The position numbers were made by a program, and so were the translations under genes. A DNA stretch of 43,944 nucleotides from an uncultured Nitrososphaeria archaeon (GTDB taxonomy: Archaea; Thermoproteota; Nitrososphaeria_A; Caldarchaeales; Wolframiiraptoraceae): NCBI GenBank assembly GCA_964555135.1, contig CAZKRR010000002.1, forward strand, positions 1 through 43,944, written 5' to 3'. This document shows, in pieces, positions 28,229 through 37,714 of this stretch. The notes below the pieces were generated by a model, which saw nothing but the letters and a program-made list of their open reading frames with translations, ran no database searches and had not been told where the DNA came from. Positions within the stretch are counted from its first letter, which is position 1. Every line of letters starts with the position of its first letter.

Positions 28229-28891
28229 TTATATAATGGGCTCCAGACCCGGGATCTTTATCCTATTGTACAGTATATCTAGAGCTTTTAACATAGAGTA
28301 TATCCATATGAAGTAGGTTATAGTTATGAAAGCATAGGTTTCAAGAGGTCTAAAAGTTTGAGCTGTAATAGATATCCCTGTATTCAGGAACTCTCTAACA
28401 CCTATAACTATTAGAGCTGTAGTACTTTTACCCATCGATGCAAGCTCATTAGACCATGCAGGTATAACAATCCTTAATGCTTGTGGAATAACAACGTACA
28501 GGAAGATCTTCCACATAGGTAGTCCAAGTGATAGAGCCGCCATTAGCTGATCCTTGAAGACTGCTTCCATAGCACCTTTCAAGTATCCTTTCTGGTAAGC
28601 TCCACTATTCAATGCTAAAGTCAATATAGCTGTAACCATAACATCCATACTAATACCAGTTATCATTGGGATGGTGAAGTAAAATATGAAGAGTTGAACA
28701 ATCAAAGGTGAACCTCTAAAGAATTCAACATAAATATTCACGATTATCTTAACGATCCTACCTCCGAAAATATCTCCTAATGCTGCTAGGATACCTAGTA
28801 TTAATCCTAGTCCAACTCCTATGAGAGTTACCTCCACTGTTATTAGGAAACCAGTTATTATGAAGGTTGAATAATCGAGCAGGAATAACAT
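28229..28891 (-). CDS. amino-acid ABC transporter permease (HisM/GlnP type)
   Basis: 220 aa, multi-TM, with an EAA-like loop (KGAMEAVFKDQLMAALSLGL). Last gene of the transporter operon. Confidence 0.85.
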   Translation of the reverse strand: MLFLLDYSTFIITGFLITVEVTLIGVGLGLILGILAALGDIFGGRIVKIIVNIYVEFFRGSPLIVQLFIFYFTIPMITGISMDVMVTAILTLALNSGAYQKGYLKGAMEAVFKDQLMAALSLGLPMWKIFLYVVIPQALRIVIPAWSNELASMGKSTTALIVIGVREFLNTGISITAQTFRPLETYAFITITYFIWIYSMLKALDILYNRIKIPGLEPII

Positions 28892-28902
28892 CTATTAATG
28901 CA

Positions 28903-29637
28903 TCACCCCAATATCTTCGCCATGAATTTCTTGGCTCTCTCAGTATTTGGAGATGTGAAGAAGTGATCTGGAGAACCAACTTCTATTATCTGACCCTGGT
29001 CCATGAATATCATTTCATCTGCGACTTCCCTTGCGAAGCGGAGCTCATGGGTTGCTACAAGCATTGTTGTACCTCTATCTGCAAGATCCCTCATTACAGC
29101 TATGACCTCCCATTTCAACTCAACATCTAGAGCAGCCGTAGGCTCATCAAAAAGTACTACTTCTGGATCCATGGAAATTGCTCTAGCGATCCCAACTCTC
29201 TGTTGCTGACCTCCAGAAAGCTGGGATGGATAATAGTTAGCCCAATCTTCCATTTTGACGAGCTTCAATGCTTCATGAGCTTTCCTTCTCGCTTCAGCGT
29301 CTGACAAACCTAGTACATGTTTTAAGCCTAGCATTACATTTCCCAGAGCTGTTAAATGCCGAAAGAGTGAAGGGTCTTGGAAGACGAAACCTATCCTAGC
29401 TCTAAGTTTATTTAAGTCCTGCTTAGAAGCATACACGTCCACCCCGTTAAAGTATATTGAGCCTCTCGTAGGCTTCTCAAGTAAACCGAGACACCTCAAT
29501 AATGTTGATTTCCCAGAACCACTTGGACCAAAAATTACTTTTGTCTCACCTCTACCTATTCCTATAGAAACATTATTTACTGCTATAACTTTTCCATAAA
29601 CTTTCGTTAAGTCTTGGCATTCTAGTATGCTTGTCAT
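28903..29637 (-). CDS. amino-acid ABC transporter ATP-binding protein (GlnQ type)
   Basis: Walker A GPSGSGKST, signature LSGGQQQRV, Walker B VVLFDEPT, H-loop ATHEL. Confidence 0.9.
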   Translation of the reverse strand: MTSILECQDLTKVYGKVIAVNNVSIGIGRGETKVIFGPSGSGKSTLLRCLGLLEKPTRGSIYFNGVDVYASKQDLNKLRARIGFVFQDPSLFRHLTALGNVMLGLKHVLGLSDAEARRKAHEALKLVKMEDWANYYPSQLSGGQQQRVGIARAISMDPEVVLFDEPTAALDVELKWEVIAVMRDLADRGTTMLVATHELRFAREVADEMIFMDQGQIIEVGSPDHFFTSPNTERAKKFMAKILG

Positions 29638-30284
29638 AGCCCCAGCTCCCTCTTCTTACGGCTGCCCCATTTATCTAGGTAAGTAGCGGCTGGGAAAGTC
29701 ATGACTACGTATATTATTGCAGAGGCGATGTAAGGAAGGATTAACGATCTTTGTGATGCTCTGAGAATATCTGTGTGCTTCATTAACTCTATCACTCCGA
29801 TGATGAATGAGTATGCTGAATCTTTTATTAGTAGTGCAATTTCACTACCTAAGCCTGGTACGGCTAGAAACAATGCTTGTGGTAGAATAACATACCTCAT
29901 TGCTTTTAATTGTGTTAAACCAATAGATATGGCTGCAAGCATTTGTGTTCTACCTACACTGCCGATAGCACTTCTAAAGATCTGGGATTGGTTTGCTCCA
30001 CTCACTATTCCTAAGGAGATTACAGAAGTGAAGAATGGGTCTTTGAAGACCGGGACTAACGGCCCAATACCAAAATACAAAAGTAGCATTACCGCGAGCA
30101 CTGGAACAGACCTAAAAAACTTTTCATAACTATCTGAAAAATATCTTAGAGGAGCTACACCGTATATTCTCATGAATGCCAGAGACACTCCTAAGCCTAG
30201 GCCGAGTAAAAAAGATAGGAAGGATATTGCTAGGGTTACTGGGACTGCTTTCAGCAGGAATGTTATTTGTTCAAGTGGCGTCAT
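29634..30284 (-). CDS. amino-acid ABC transporter permease
   Basis: 216 aa, multi-TM, with an EAA-like loop (RSAIGSVGRTQMLAAISIGL). 4-nt overlap with the ATPase gene. Confidence 0.85.
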   Translation of the reverse strand: MTPLEQITFLLKAVPVTLAISFLSFLLGLGLGVSLAFMRIYGVAPLRYFSDSYEKFFRSVPVLAVMLLLYFGIGPLVPVFKDPFFTSVISLGIVSGANQSQIFRSAIGSVGRTQMLAAISIGLTQLKAMRYVILPQALFLAVPGLGSEIALLIKDSAYSFIIGVIELMKHTDILRASQRSLILPYIASAIIYVVMTFPAATYLDKWGSRKKRELGL

Positions 30285-30301
30285 GGTTATTTACAGGTTA
30301 T

Positions 30302-31267
30302 CTAGCTTGGAGGTGCGGTCCACTTCTCGTATAGTTCAGCAACTTTACCTTCAACTATTAATTCAGAAAGTACTCCATTTATTTTCGATACAAGCTCATC
30401 AGAATCTTTATGAGCTATAAATGCGACTGGCCAGTATGGTTTACTGAAGACAACGAGTAAAGGTGTTTCTTCAGTCATTATCCACCAAGTGGTTACAGGT
30501 GTCTCTGCATAGAGTGCATCAATCCTACCCAACTTTAGGTCTTCTAGAGCTACACCAAAATCATCATAAGACCTGGCAGCCTCCGAAGAAATCACGCCCC
30601 TCTTAACTAGATCCATTAACTCTGCTTCTTGAGTCGTTCCAGACCCGGTGCCTACAACTAGCTTGTAATCTGCAACCTGCTCTAGTTTCTCAAGCCTAGT
30701 TATTCCAAGCTTCTCAGCTTTATCTTTCAGCATTATTAACTGTGATTCAGTTATAGTGTGATATAGAGTGTACTGAACTACTTCTAGTCTTTCAGGGGTT
30801 ACAGAGAAACCGCTAACCCCTAAGTCGATATCTTTATGCTCAACTGCTACTATAATCGTAGCGAAATCCATCGTTCTCCAATCTACTTTTAACCCGAGTC
30901 TCTCAGCAATCAATTCCATCAATTCTACTTCAAAACCTGTTAATTTTCCTGTTTTAGGATCTAAGAACTCGAATGGAGGCCAGTCTGGAGATGTCCCAAC
31001 GATTATTGCCCCCCTCTTTTGAATATTCTCCCAAACAACATCTCTGGCGGCTCCCGTTACTGTTTTTTCAATAGTAACAGTCTGAGTTATAGTTTGAGCT
31101 GCCCCCACAGTCGTAGTGTAGGTGCTAGTAACTGTGATTTCTCTGGCAGGAATTAAGAATGGCTCAACAGCTGCTACGGCGGCAAGTATTACGATTATTG
31201 CGGCAAGGAGAGCGACTACTCTAGAGATGCCTTTAATACTTTTTCGAGAATACATACTCCTACGCAC
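30302..31267 (-). CDS. amino-acid ABC transporter substrate-binding protein (family 3), membrane-anchored
   Basis: 321 aa. N-terminal TM anchor VVALLAAIIVILAAVAAV, a Thr-rich linker TSTYTTTVGAAQTITQTVTIEKTVT, then a periplasmic-binding-protein-like domain (IIVGTSPDWPPFEF...GFEVEL). Confidence 0.8.
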   Translation of the reverse strand: MRRSMYSRKSIKGISRVVALLAAIIVILAAVAAVEPFLIPAREITVTSTYTTTVGAAQTITQTVTIEKTVTGAARDVVWENIQKRGAIIVGTSPDWPPFEFLDPKTGKLTGFEVELMELIAERLGLKVDWRTMDFATIIVAVEHKDIDLGVSGFSVTPERLEVVQYTLYHTITESQLIMLKDKAEKLGITRLEKLEQVADYKLVVGTGSGTTQEAELMDLVKRGVISSEAARSYDDFGVALEDLKLGRIDALYAETPVTTWWIMTEETPLLVVFSKPYWPVAFIAHKDSDELVSKINGVLSELIVEGKVAELYEKWTAPPS

Positions 31268-31322
31268 GTAGTATTATTGATTACAATGATTATTAAAAGT
31301 TTTCTAGAATATTTATCCTACT

Positions 31323-33530
31323 TTATTCTTCTTCTACGAAATCCGATATCTTCGGTATACTTAATGGAAGTCCCTTTCTCTTTCTTATCTCTTCTATGAC
31401 TTTATCTCTTATTGATGAGGGCACAGGCTTCCAAGCATAGAACTCTGTCGCCCAGAATGCTTTACCCATTGTTGCTCCACGCATAACCTCGCTCAAGTCG
31501 AAGGTCTCAGCCGCAGGGATCTCTCCTGAGACAACTGTTATATATTCTTGTTGAGCAATCTGTAGTATTCTACCTCTCTTAGATGTCATGACGCTTGTCA
31601 CCGCGCCCATTAAGTCTGGTGGGACTTTGGCTTCAATCTTCAAAACTGGTTCAAGTAGTATTGGGTTTGCACTTAATATGCTTGCATACATGCTTCTCCA
31701 GGTTGCTGGAGCTATCTGAGCATATCCTCTATGAACTGGATCTTCATGTAGTTCAACATTTACCAATATCGCTTTTATACCACGCATATTCTCTCCAGCT
31801 AGCGGGCCTTCTTGTACAACTCTCTGGAATCCTCCAATAATCATCATTTTACTTTCTTGAAGGTATTGTGCACCCTTAGTCATGTCAACAAGGATGTTTC
31901 CTCTAGGGTCGATCGACCAGACACCTCTAGCCATATCTGCATCCCATCCATGGTCTCTAAGTATCTTAGCTATCTGCTTTCTATCCATTTCATCAAATAA
32001 CTCTCCTCTTCTAATAAGCTCTATGATCTCTTCTTCAAGTGGTTCGACTTGAATATAGATTCTATTATGCCTATTGGGGGATTTCCCTTCAAATACTCTT
32101 CCCGCCTGGGTAATGGTTTCTCTGTAGAGGATTATTGGTTTACTGGCTACTACTTCAAGGCCAGCCTTAGCTATCCATGTTAAAGCAATCTCTAGATGAA
32201 GTGTACCCATACCGCTTATCAGGTACTCGCCTGTTTCAGGTCTCACGGTAGTTACAAGGGTGGGGTCCTCGATGCTAAGCTTATTCAAGAAGTCTACTAG
32301 CTTCGGGAGGTCTCTACTATGCTTAGGTTCAACAGATATTGTAACAACCGGTTCAGATACATACTTTAAAGATTCAAAGGGTATAGTCTCAGCAGTGGCT
32401 AAAGTATCTCCTGCTCTAGCTTCTTCTATTCCAAGGAGTGCGGGAATATTCCCTGCGGGTAGGGTCCCAACAATCTCTCTATTTGGACCCATGTAAACTG
32501 TAACCTGCTGGATCCTCTTCCTAATGTTTCTTCCAACTATTAGTATATAGTCTCCCTCATTTACAGTTCCACTGAATAGTCTTCCTGTAGCCACTACTCC
32601 AGCTTGTGGATCAACTTTAACATCTGTAACAACCATTACTACTGGTCCTTTCTCATCACAGTTCAACATTGCTTCTCCTACTTCATCTTCTATATTTCCT
32701 TTCCAGATCTTTGGTATCCTATACTTCTGAGCAATATGCGGTGGAGGGTGATGCGTTATAACCATCTCGAGTATAGCTTCATGGAGAGGCGTGTTCTCCC
32801 TAAGCCATTCTATATCATTGTTTGTGAAGGCTTTCAGAACATCTGAGAATTTTATTCCCTTCTTTTGAGCTTGCTGGAGCGTGAACCCCCATCTATCTTT
32901 CGCACTACCAATAGCTACATTGCCCGCTTGAAAGCTTACCTTCCACTTTTCTCTATACTCTGGCTCAGCATACATCTCTATCAGCCTATTAACTTCTAGG
33001 ACTATCCTCCCCAGTGTTTCCTGTATCTTCTCAGGAGTAAGCCTAAGTTCTTTAATTAATCTATCAATCTTATTAATGTATAGTACTGGCTTTACTCTTT
33101 CTTGGACAGCTTGCCTAATAACGGTCTCAGTCTGCGTCATTACTCCTTCAACAGCATCTACGACAACCACCGCTCCATCTATAGCTCTCAACGCTCTAGT
33201 TACTCTACCACTAAAATCTACGTGACCTGGAGTATCTATCAAGTTTATTACGTATGGTTTACTGTCCATCTCATAGTAGAGAGATATATTGGCAGCCTTG
33301 ATCGTCATCTGCCTCTGCTGCTCTTCTTCTAGGTAGTCTAGTGCTAGTGCTTTTCCAGCTAATGTTGGAGACAGTAAACCCGCAGCTGCGAGTAAGCTAT
33401 CAGTCGTAGTAGTCTTACCGTGGTCTACATGGGCAATTATACCTATATTTCGGATCTGGTCCTTCTGGTGGAGTATATCTAAGATTTCTGAGATCTTCTT
33501 AACTCTAGGCATCTCCTCTCTTCTCCCCAA
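31323..33530 (-). CDS. fusA: translation elongation factor aEF-2
   Basis: G motifs AHVDHGKTT, DTPGHVDF and NKIDR; diphthamide-loop HEDPVHRG. The start is either the TTG at 33530 (MGRREEM...) or the ATG at 33512 (MPRVKK...). Both resemble archaeal EF-2 N-termini I recall. Confidence 0.95.
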   Translation of the reverse strand: MGRREEMPRVKKISEILDILHQKDQIRNIGIIAHVDHGKTTTTDSLLAAAGLLSPTLAGKALALDYLEEEQQRQMTIKAANISLYYEMDSKPYVINLIDTPGHVDFSGRVTRALRAIDGAVVVVDAVEGVMTQTETVIRQAVQERVKPVLYINKIDRLIKELRLTPEKIQETLGRIVLEVNRLIEMYAEPEYREKWKVSFQAGNVAIGSAKDRWGFTLQQAQKKGIKFSDVLKAFTNNDIEWLRENTPLHEAILEMVITHHPPPHIAQKYRIPKIWKGNIEDEVGEAMLNCDEKGPVVMVVTDVKVDPQAGVVATGRLFSGTVNEGDYILIVGRNIRKRIQQVTVYMGPNREIVGTLPAGNIPALLGIEEARAGDTLATAETIPFESLKYVSEPVVTISVEPKHSRDLPKLVDFLNKLSIEDPTLVTTVRPETGEYLISGMGTLHLEIALTWIAKAGLEVVASKPIILYRETITQAGRVFEGKSPNRHNRIYIQVEPLEEEIIELIRRGELFDEMDRKQIAKILRDHGWDADMARGVWSIDPRGNILVDMTKGAQYLQESKMMIIGGFQRVVQEGPLAGENMRGIKAILVNVELHEDPVHRGYAQIAPATWRSMYASILSANPILLEPVLKIEAKVPPDLMGAVTSVMTSKRGRILQIAQQEYITVVSGEIPAAETFDLSEVMRGATMGKAFWATEFYAWKPVPSSIRDKVIEEIRKRKGLPLSIPKISDFVEEE

Positions 33531-33941
33531 TTACCAGCTTCTCCCATCTATTTAACGCTACTGATCCAAAAGGGTTGGACTCTCTAGAGATCTAAGCATA
33601 TACTATAATCCGTATAGAGACTAGAATGGATTATATACTTCATCGAGATCGATCTGTGCTTCTCGACAATCAGAATCAAGTTAGAGCTTTATCACTAATG
33701 ACTAGTTAAGCCGTCGATTCAGTTAAATAAAGTAAAGGATTAAAATCATCTAGACACCCATTTACTTAACTTGGCAATCCTTATTTTAGCTCATTTAAGA
33801 TGCCTACTAACCTACTACCTTAGTATTGAGATGATGGGAATATCACAGTCAGCTGCATTAGTGTAGCGGAGCCCTAATTCTCATTAATAGGTCATCCTAG
33901 ATCTGATACTTAAGGTCTATTCTTTCAATGATTGGTATGAG

Positions 33942-34292
33942 TTAGGCTTCTATGTCTGGCTTCCGTGCTAGGTTAATATAGTCTGTTCGGGGTGGTACAA
34001 ACACGTCTATTACTAGTACTTCTTCGATGGCGTAGAATCCATGTTCCTCATTGGCTGAGATAGAATATGAGTCGCCTTCTGAGACCTCTATATTGTCTTT
34101 TCTGGTTGTAAAGTATCCTCTTCCTTTGATAATTAGCCCATACTGGGATTGTGGATGACTATGTAAAGGCACCTCCGCACCAGCTTTAATGTTAAACATC
34201 ATTAAGAGACAATTGTCATCGTAGCTTAACGGCATCGTTGAAACCCCCTCTCTAATACTTATCCAGGATGCTTTCCTCCAGACTTTAACCAT
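33942..34292 (-). CDS. cupin-domain protein
   Basis: 116 aa. Cupin motif 1-like PLHSHPQSQYGLIIKG and motif 2-like GDSYSISANEEHGF. Confidence 0.7.
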   Translation of the reverse strand: MVKVWRKASWISIREGVSTMPLSYDDNCLLMMFNIKAGAEVPLHSHPQSQYGLIIKGRGYFTTRKDNIEVSEGDSYSISANEEHGFYAIEEVLVIDVFVPPRTDYINLARKPDIEA

Positions 34293-34391
34293 GAGATCAC
34301 TGAGGAAGTCTTCAATTAATTAGTGTTTCCCATTTTCAGTGGAGTCTCCAAGAAATATATCTTAGTAAATTGACTAATTTTACGGAGTAAC

Positions 34392-34904
34392 TTGGACAAG
34401 CCTGTTTCCGACATAAAGCTTTCATGTAGGTTCTATCAAGAACCAGGAGGATGGGAAAGAGTATCGTTAAATCTATCTTCAAATGGGTGGATAAAAATAG
34501 ATAGAAGAGTAGTAAAAGATGAGTTAGAGATAGAATATACTGTAGAGAGTATTGATGGATTGGAGATTCTATTATCATTAAAAAGCAGGGTTGGCTTCCC
34601 GAACCTGGAGACGTTCAAGAAGCTTCTTGAATGCTTACTAACCGATTGCTGGTACATTGATATTTATTACTGTTTTAGGAATATCAATGTAGAGAGTGTA
34701 GCTAAAGAGCTGGGTTTACATTTCAACTCCAATGAAGTAAAGAGATTGAAGCTTGGAGGTTCTGAAATTCTAGTTGAGACATATCCCGCTGCAGGTAGGA
34801 TTATTGTAAGCCATAGAGTTGGTTTAAGAGATATTGACTGCATTGAAAAAATCTACTCGAAGCTTTTTAGGAAAATCTTAATCAATGAGGTGAGCCAACA
34901 TTGA
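34392..34904 (+). CDS. hypothetical protein, first gene of the crenactin operon (occupies the arcadin-1 position; homology unverified)
   Basis: 170-aa ORF with no internal Met. TTG at 34392 is the only ATG/GTG/TTG codon in the open frame, and an in-frame TGA lies at 34371. TATA-like AAATATAT at 34353..34360. Its stop overlaps the crenactin TTG (TTGA). Confidence 0.6.
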   Translation: MDKPVSDIKLSCRFYQEPGGWERVSLNLSSNGWIKIDRRVVKDELEIEYTVESIDGLEILLSLKSRVGFPNLETFKKLLECLLTDCWYIDIYYCFRNINVESVAKELGLHFNSNEVKRLKLGGSEILVETYPAAGRIIVSHRVGLRDIDCIEKIYSKLFRKILINEVSQH

Positions 34905-36169
34905 GTGAAGAATACAAACGTTCACATGTTTTTGGGATAGATTATGGTACAAGCGATTTTAAGTACGGTCCTATAACGATCGGTGAGATACCCGAAGTAA
35001 CAGAGAATAGAGGATACTTTACCGAGAAGAACTCTATTATGTCTAAAGTGATGGGTGTAGGTAAAGATATCGTAGTCGGGAAAGAACTCCCACTATTCCT
35101 TGAATCAAGAGAAGACGTTGCAGAAAGGCTAGTCTACCCTATGAGGAATGGTATAGTTGAGAGAAATGATGTGAAAGCTTGGCAAGTAACGAGAGAATTA
35201 ACCAGTTATGCTCTTGAAAACTTTGCTCCAAGCGACCCAGATTTTAGGGGATTCTATGTTGTCGCAAGCCTAGCGGTTGTAGCTCCTAGATACATGTATG
35301 AGCAATTATTCGATATATTTGGAGAACTAAATACTGAAAGAACGCTTGTTAGAGCTGCTACGATAATTCCTCAACCTCTAGCGGTTGCTATTGCTCATAA
35401 AATCCCGACATGTGTAGTTGTTGAGAGCGGTCATGGAAATACCCAGGTATGCCCAATCTCAATGTATCCGATAAGAAATGCGGTTCTAGCTCTCAATAGG
35501 GGTGGAGGCGCAGCAAATGTTTTAACCTCGGAGATCCTCAAAGATACTGGTTATGGAGACTTAGCTAAAGAAGAAAAACTAGTTAGAAGAGTTAAAGAGC
35601 AGATAGGTCTCCTACCGAGACGGCTTGAAGAAGCCGTAGATTTTGCTAGGAGGAATCCGGACAAAGTAAAGAGGGAGATAAGGATAGAGGGTACGAGGAT
35701 TAAGATAGATCTAGGAGATGAAAGTTGGACAAGATTCTTGATCGGCGAATATGTCTTCAATCCTGGGCATGAGGTCTTTCAAAGCTACTTCAAAAGAGGG
35801 ATGCCTAGACCAAGCGACGTCAAGATAGGAGATACATACTTCTATGGAATGACAGATATGGCTGAAGCTATAATTCAAGCAGTTGAGAAATGCTCCATTG
35901 AACTTCAACCTCATTTATTCTCCAAGATTATCTTGTCGGGCGGAAACTTTAACTGGAATACACCCAGGGGGTTAGAAGGGGTCGCCGTCTCTTCAGATGA
36001 GAAGATAAAGATTATGTTGAAAGAGAAGGGGATAGAGAATATCCAAGCAACAGTTGCTAGAGAGCCAACATACTCTGTTTGGAGAGGATGTATAGTCTAT
36101 GGATATGCTGTTCCCTACGATTTTAAGTGGAGATGGGAAAGGATGGAGGGATGGTTAAACTATGCGTAG
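34901..36169 (+). CDS. cren-1: crenactin (archaeal actin homologue)
   Basis: 422 aa. Actin-fold motifs: phosphate-1 FGIDYGTSDFKYG, phosphate-2 VVVESGHGNTQV, adenosine IILSGGNFNW. Long collinear similarity to Pyrobaculum crenactin as I remember it (IIPQPLAVAIA, ALNRGG, ILKD.GY.D.A.EE, LPRRL.EA, W.RFLIGE..F.P.HE, EP.YSVWRG..IYGYA.P). TTG start with Shine-Dalgarno GAGGTGA at 34887..34893. Confidence 0.9.
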   Translation: MSEEYKRSHVFGIDYGTSDFKYGPITIGEIPEVTENRGYFTEKNSIMSKVMGVGKDIVVGKELPLFLESREDVAERLVYPMRNGIVERNDVKAWQVTRELTSYALENFAPSDPDFRGFYVVASLAVVAPRYMYEQLFDIFGELNTERTLVRAATIIPQPLAVAIAHKIPTCVVVESGHGNTQVCPISMYPIRNAVLALNRGGGAANVLTSEILKDTGYGDLAKEEKLVRRVKEQIGLLPRRLEEAVDFARRNPDKVKREIRIEGTRIKIDLGDESWTRFLIGEYVFNPGHEVFQSYFKRGMPRPSDVKIGDTYFYGMTDMAEAIIQAVEKCSIELQPHLFSKIILSGGNFNWNTPRGLEGVAVSSDEKIKIMLKEKGIENIQATVAREPTYSVWRGCIVYGYAVPYDFKWRWERMEGWLNYA

Positions 36170-36842
36170 AAGACCGACAATAGAAGATATAATATCTAGT
36201 CTACTGGTAGATGAAGGGTTCTACGAGGTATCGAGAAAAAGTGGATCGATGGAGGTGGATAGTCAACTAATCCTATCTGATGGTAAAGTAGAGATAGCCG
36301 TGAATATTCTAAGTGAAGATTCATGTAATTCAAGATCTATGGTACATGAGATGTTAATTGAGACCCTGAAACTTCAAAGTAAATACGATGGTGTAATTCT
36401 TGCAGTACCGAGAAGATACTCAAAGATTATTGATGAAAGCGTCTTGATTAAGTATGGGGTAGGTTTAATAATCTATGACATGATGGGCGCAGATGAAATT
36501 ATACCTCCTAGACTAAACAATAATAGAAAAGAAAAAGCAGAAGATATTCGAAAAAATAACCAGAATCTTCCTATTAACGAGATTGCTCTCATAAGGTCTG
36601 AGATCTCTAGGATTACTAGGATACTTGAGGAAATGGAGGCTAGACTGGATAGATTAGAGAGAGAGCAGAGAATACTAGCAAGTAGGATTAGTGAGCTAGA
36701 AAAGGCAAAGCCCTCTATAATCCGTGAAGAAAGAATAAGCCAGCAGATAAAGAGTAAATCTCCAGACCATAATAATGAAGAAGCCCTCCCCTCCTATCTT
36801 AGAGATAATCCTTGGATCGATATACTCTCTAAGAGGACGTGA
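36162..36842 (+). CDS. arcadin-2-like candidate (globular N-domain, coiled coil, short C-terminal tail)
   Basis: 226 aa. Starts with an ATG inside the last 8 nt of crenactin. Heptad-rich segment IRSEISRITRILEEMEARLDRLEREQRILASRISELEKAK. Tail ALPSYLRDNPWIDILSKRT. The assignment rests on position and architecture only. Confidence 0.5.
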   Translation: MRRRPTIEDIISSLLVDEGFYEVSRKSGSMEVDSQLILSDGKVEIAVNILSEDSCNSRSMVHEMLIETLKLQSKYDGVILAVPRRYSKIIDESVLIKYGVGLIIYDMMGADEIIPPRLNNNRKEKAEDIRKNNQNLPINEIALIRSEISRITRILEEMEARLDRLEREQRILASRISELEKAKPSIIREERISQQIKSKSPDHNNEEALPSYLRDNPWIDILSKRT

Positions 36843-37630
36843 ATACTCTGAAGATAATAGTTCTAGGGTCAGGATCAATAATTCCAACAAAAAATAGATT
36901 CTCAACATCATTTCTCATAGAGTATCCTATGGGTAGGATGCTCTTAGATATTGGACCAGGAACTATAGAGAAATTAAGGAGGATGCATATCCACCCCAAT
37001 TCTATCGATAGATTATTCATAACTCATTTCCACTTAGACCATACACTGGATCTTCCAGCATTGATAAAGATTAGGATGTTTAACGAGCTTGGTGGTCCTC
37101 TCCAAAACCCTCAGATTCTTAACATCTATGGTCCTACTGGTTTATCAAGCTTTATAGATAAATTCTGTTCTCATGGAGGCGTATATGAGTATCTTTCAGA
37201 GATGATGGGTAATCTAGATTTTCTTAGAATCCATGAGGTGGGAGAAGGTCTCGTAGAAGAATCAGGCAATCTTAGAGTTTATGCCGTATCTGTTGAGCAT
37301 TATAATGGTTTAGCGTATAGGGTGGAGGTAGATAATGTAAGCATAGCTTATTCTGGAGACTCTATCTACGATGAGAAGATGGTAAAGCTTGCAGAAGGCG
37401 TAGACATCCTCATACATGAATGTTCATTCCCAAAAGAATTACTCCTGGGAAAACATACTTCTGATGAAGAATTAATAGAGATTGGGAGAAGAACGAAGCC
37501 TAAGCTGCTCCTCGTAAATCATCTATACCCAGCTTGGGAAGGGAGAGAAAGAGAGCTTGAGGATAAACTTAGAAAAAATACTGGATGTAAAGTCTACGTT
37601 GTAAAAGATATGGATATTATATATGTATAA
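36839..37630 (+). CDS. metallo-beta-lactamase-fold hydrolase, RNase Z/ElaC-like paralogue
   Basis: 263 aa. LGSGS N-terminus, HxHxDH motif HFHLDH. GTG start overlapping the preceding stop (GTGA). Confidence 0.85.
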   Translation: MNTLKIIVLGSGSIIPTKNRFSTSFLIEYPMGRMLLDIGPGTIEKLRRMHIHPNSIDRLFITHFHLDHTLDLPALIKIRMFNELGGPLQNPQILNIYGPTGLSSFIDKFCSHGGVYEYLSEMMGNLDFLRIHEVGEGLVEESGNLRVYAVSVEHYNGLAYRVEVDNVSIAYSGDSIYDEKMVKLAEGVDILIHECSFPKELLLGKHTSDEELIEIGRRTKPKLLLVNHLYPAWEGRERELEDKLRKNTGCKVYVVKDMDIIYV

Positions 37631-37714
37631 CGGAGATACTCCGCCCAGTTGATCAAATATCTGTGATAAACTATAGTTTTAAAGAGAAGTTAGTCTGCGT
37701 AATATCGGGGAAAC

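Noticed and set aside
28758-28979. 73-aa ORF spanning the permease/ATPase junction
   Set aside because: It overlaps two well-supported transporter genes out of frame, and its Arg/Ser-rich composition is typical of a shadow frame.
33855-33900. tRNA-like D-arm string TTAGTGTAGCGGAGCCC
   Set aside because: I could not fold an acceptor stem, a proper anticodon arm or a T arm (no GTTCRANYC) around it.
33829-33906. Possible C/D box sRNA (AUGAUGG ... CUGA) upstream of EF-2
   Set aside because: The C box is imperfect, no C' or D' boxes are present, the spacing of about 75 nt is long, and there is no terminal stem.
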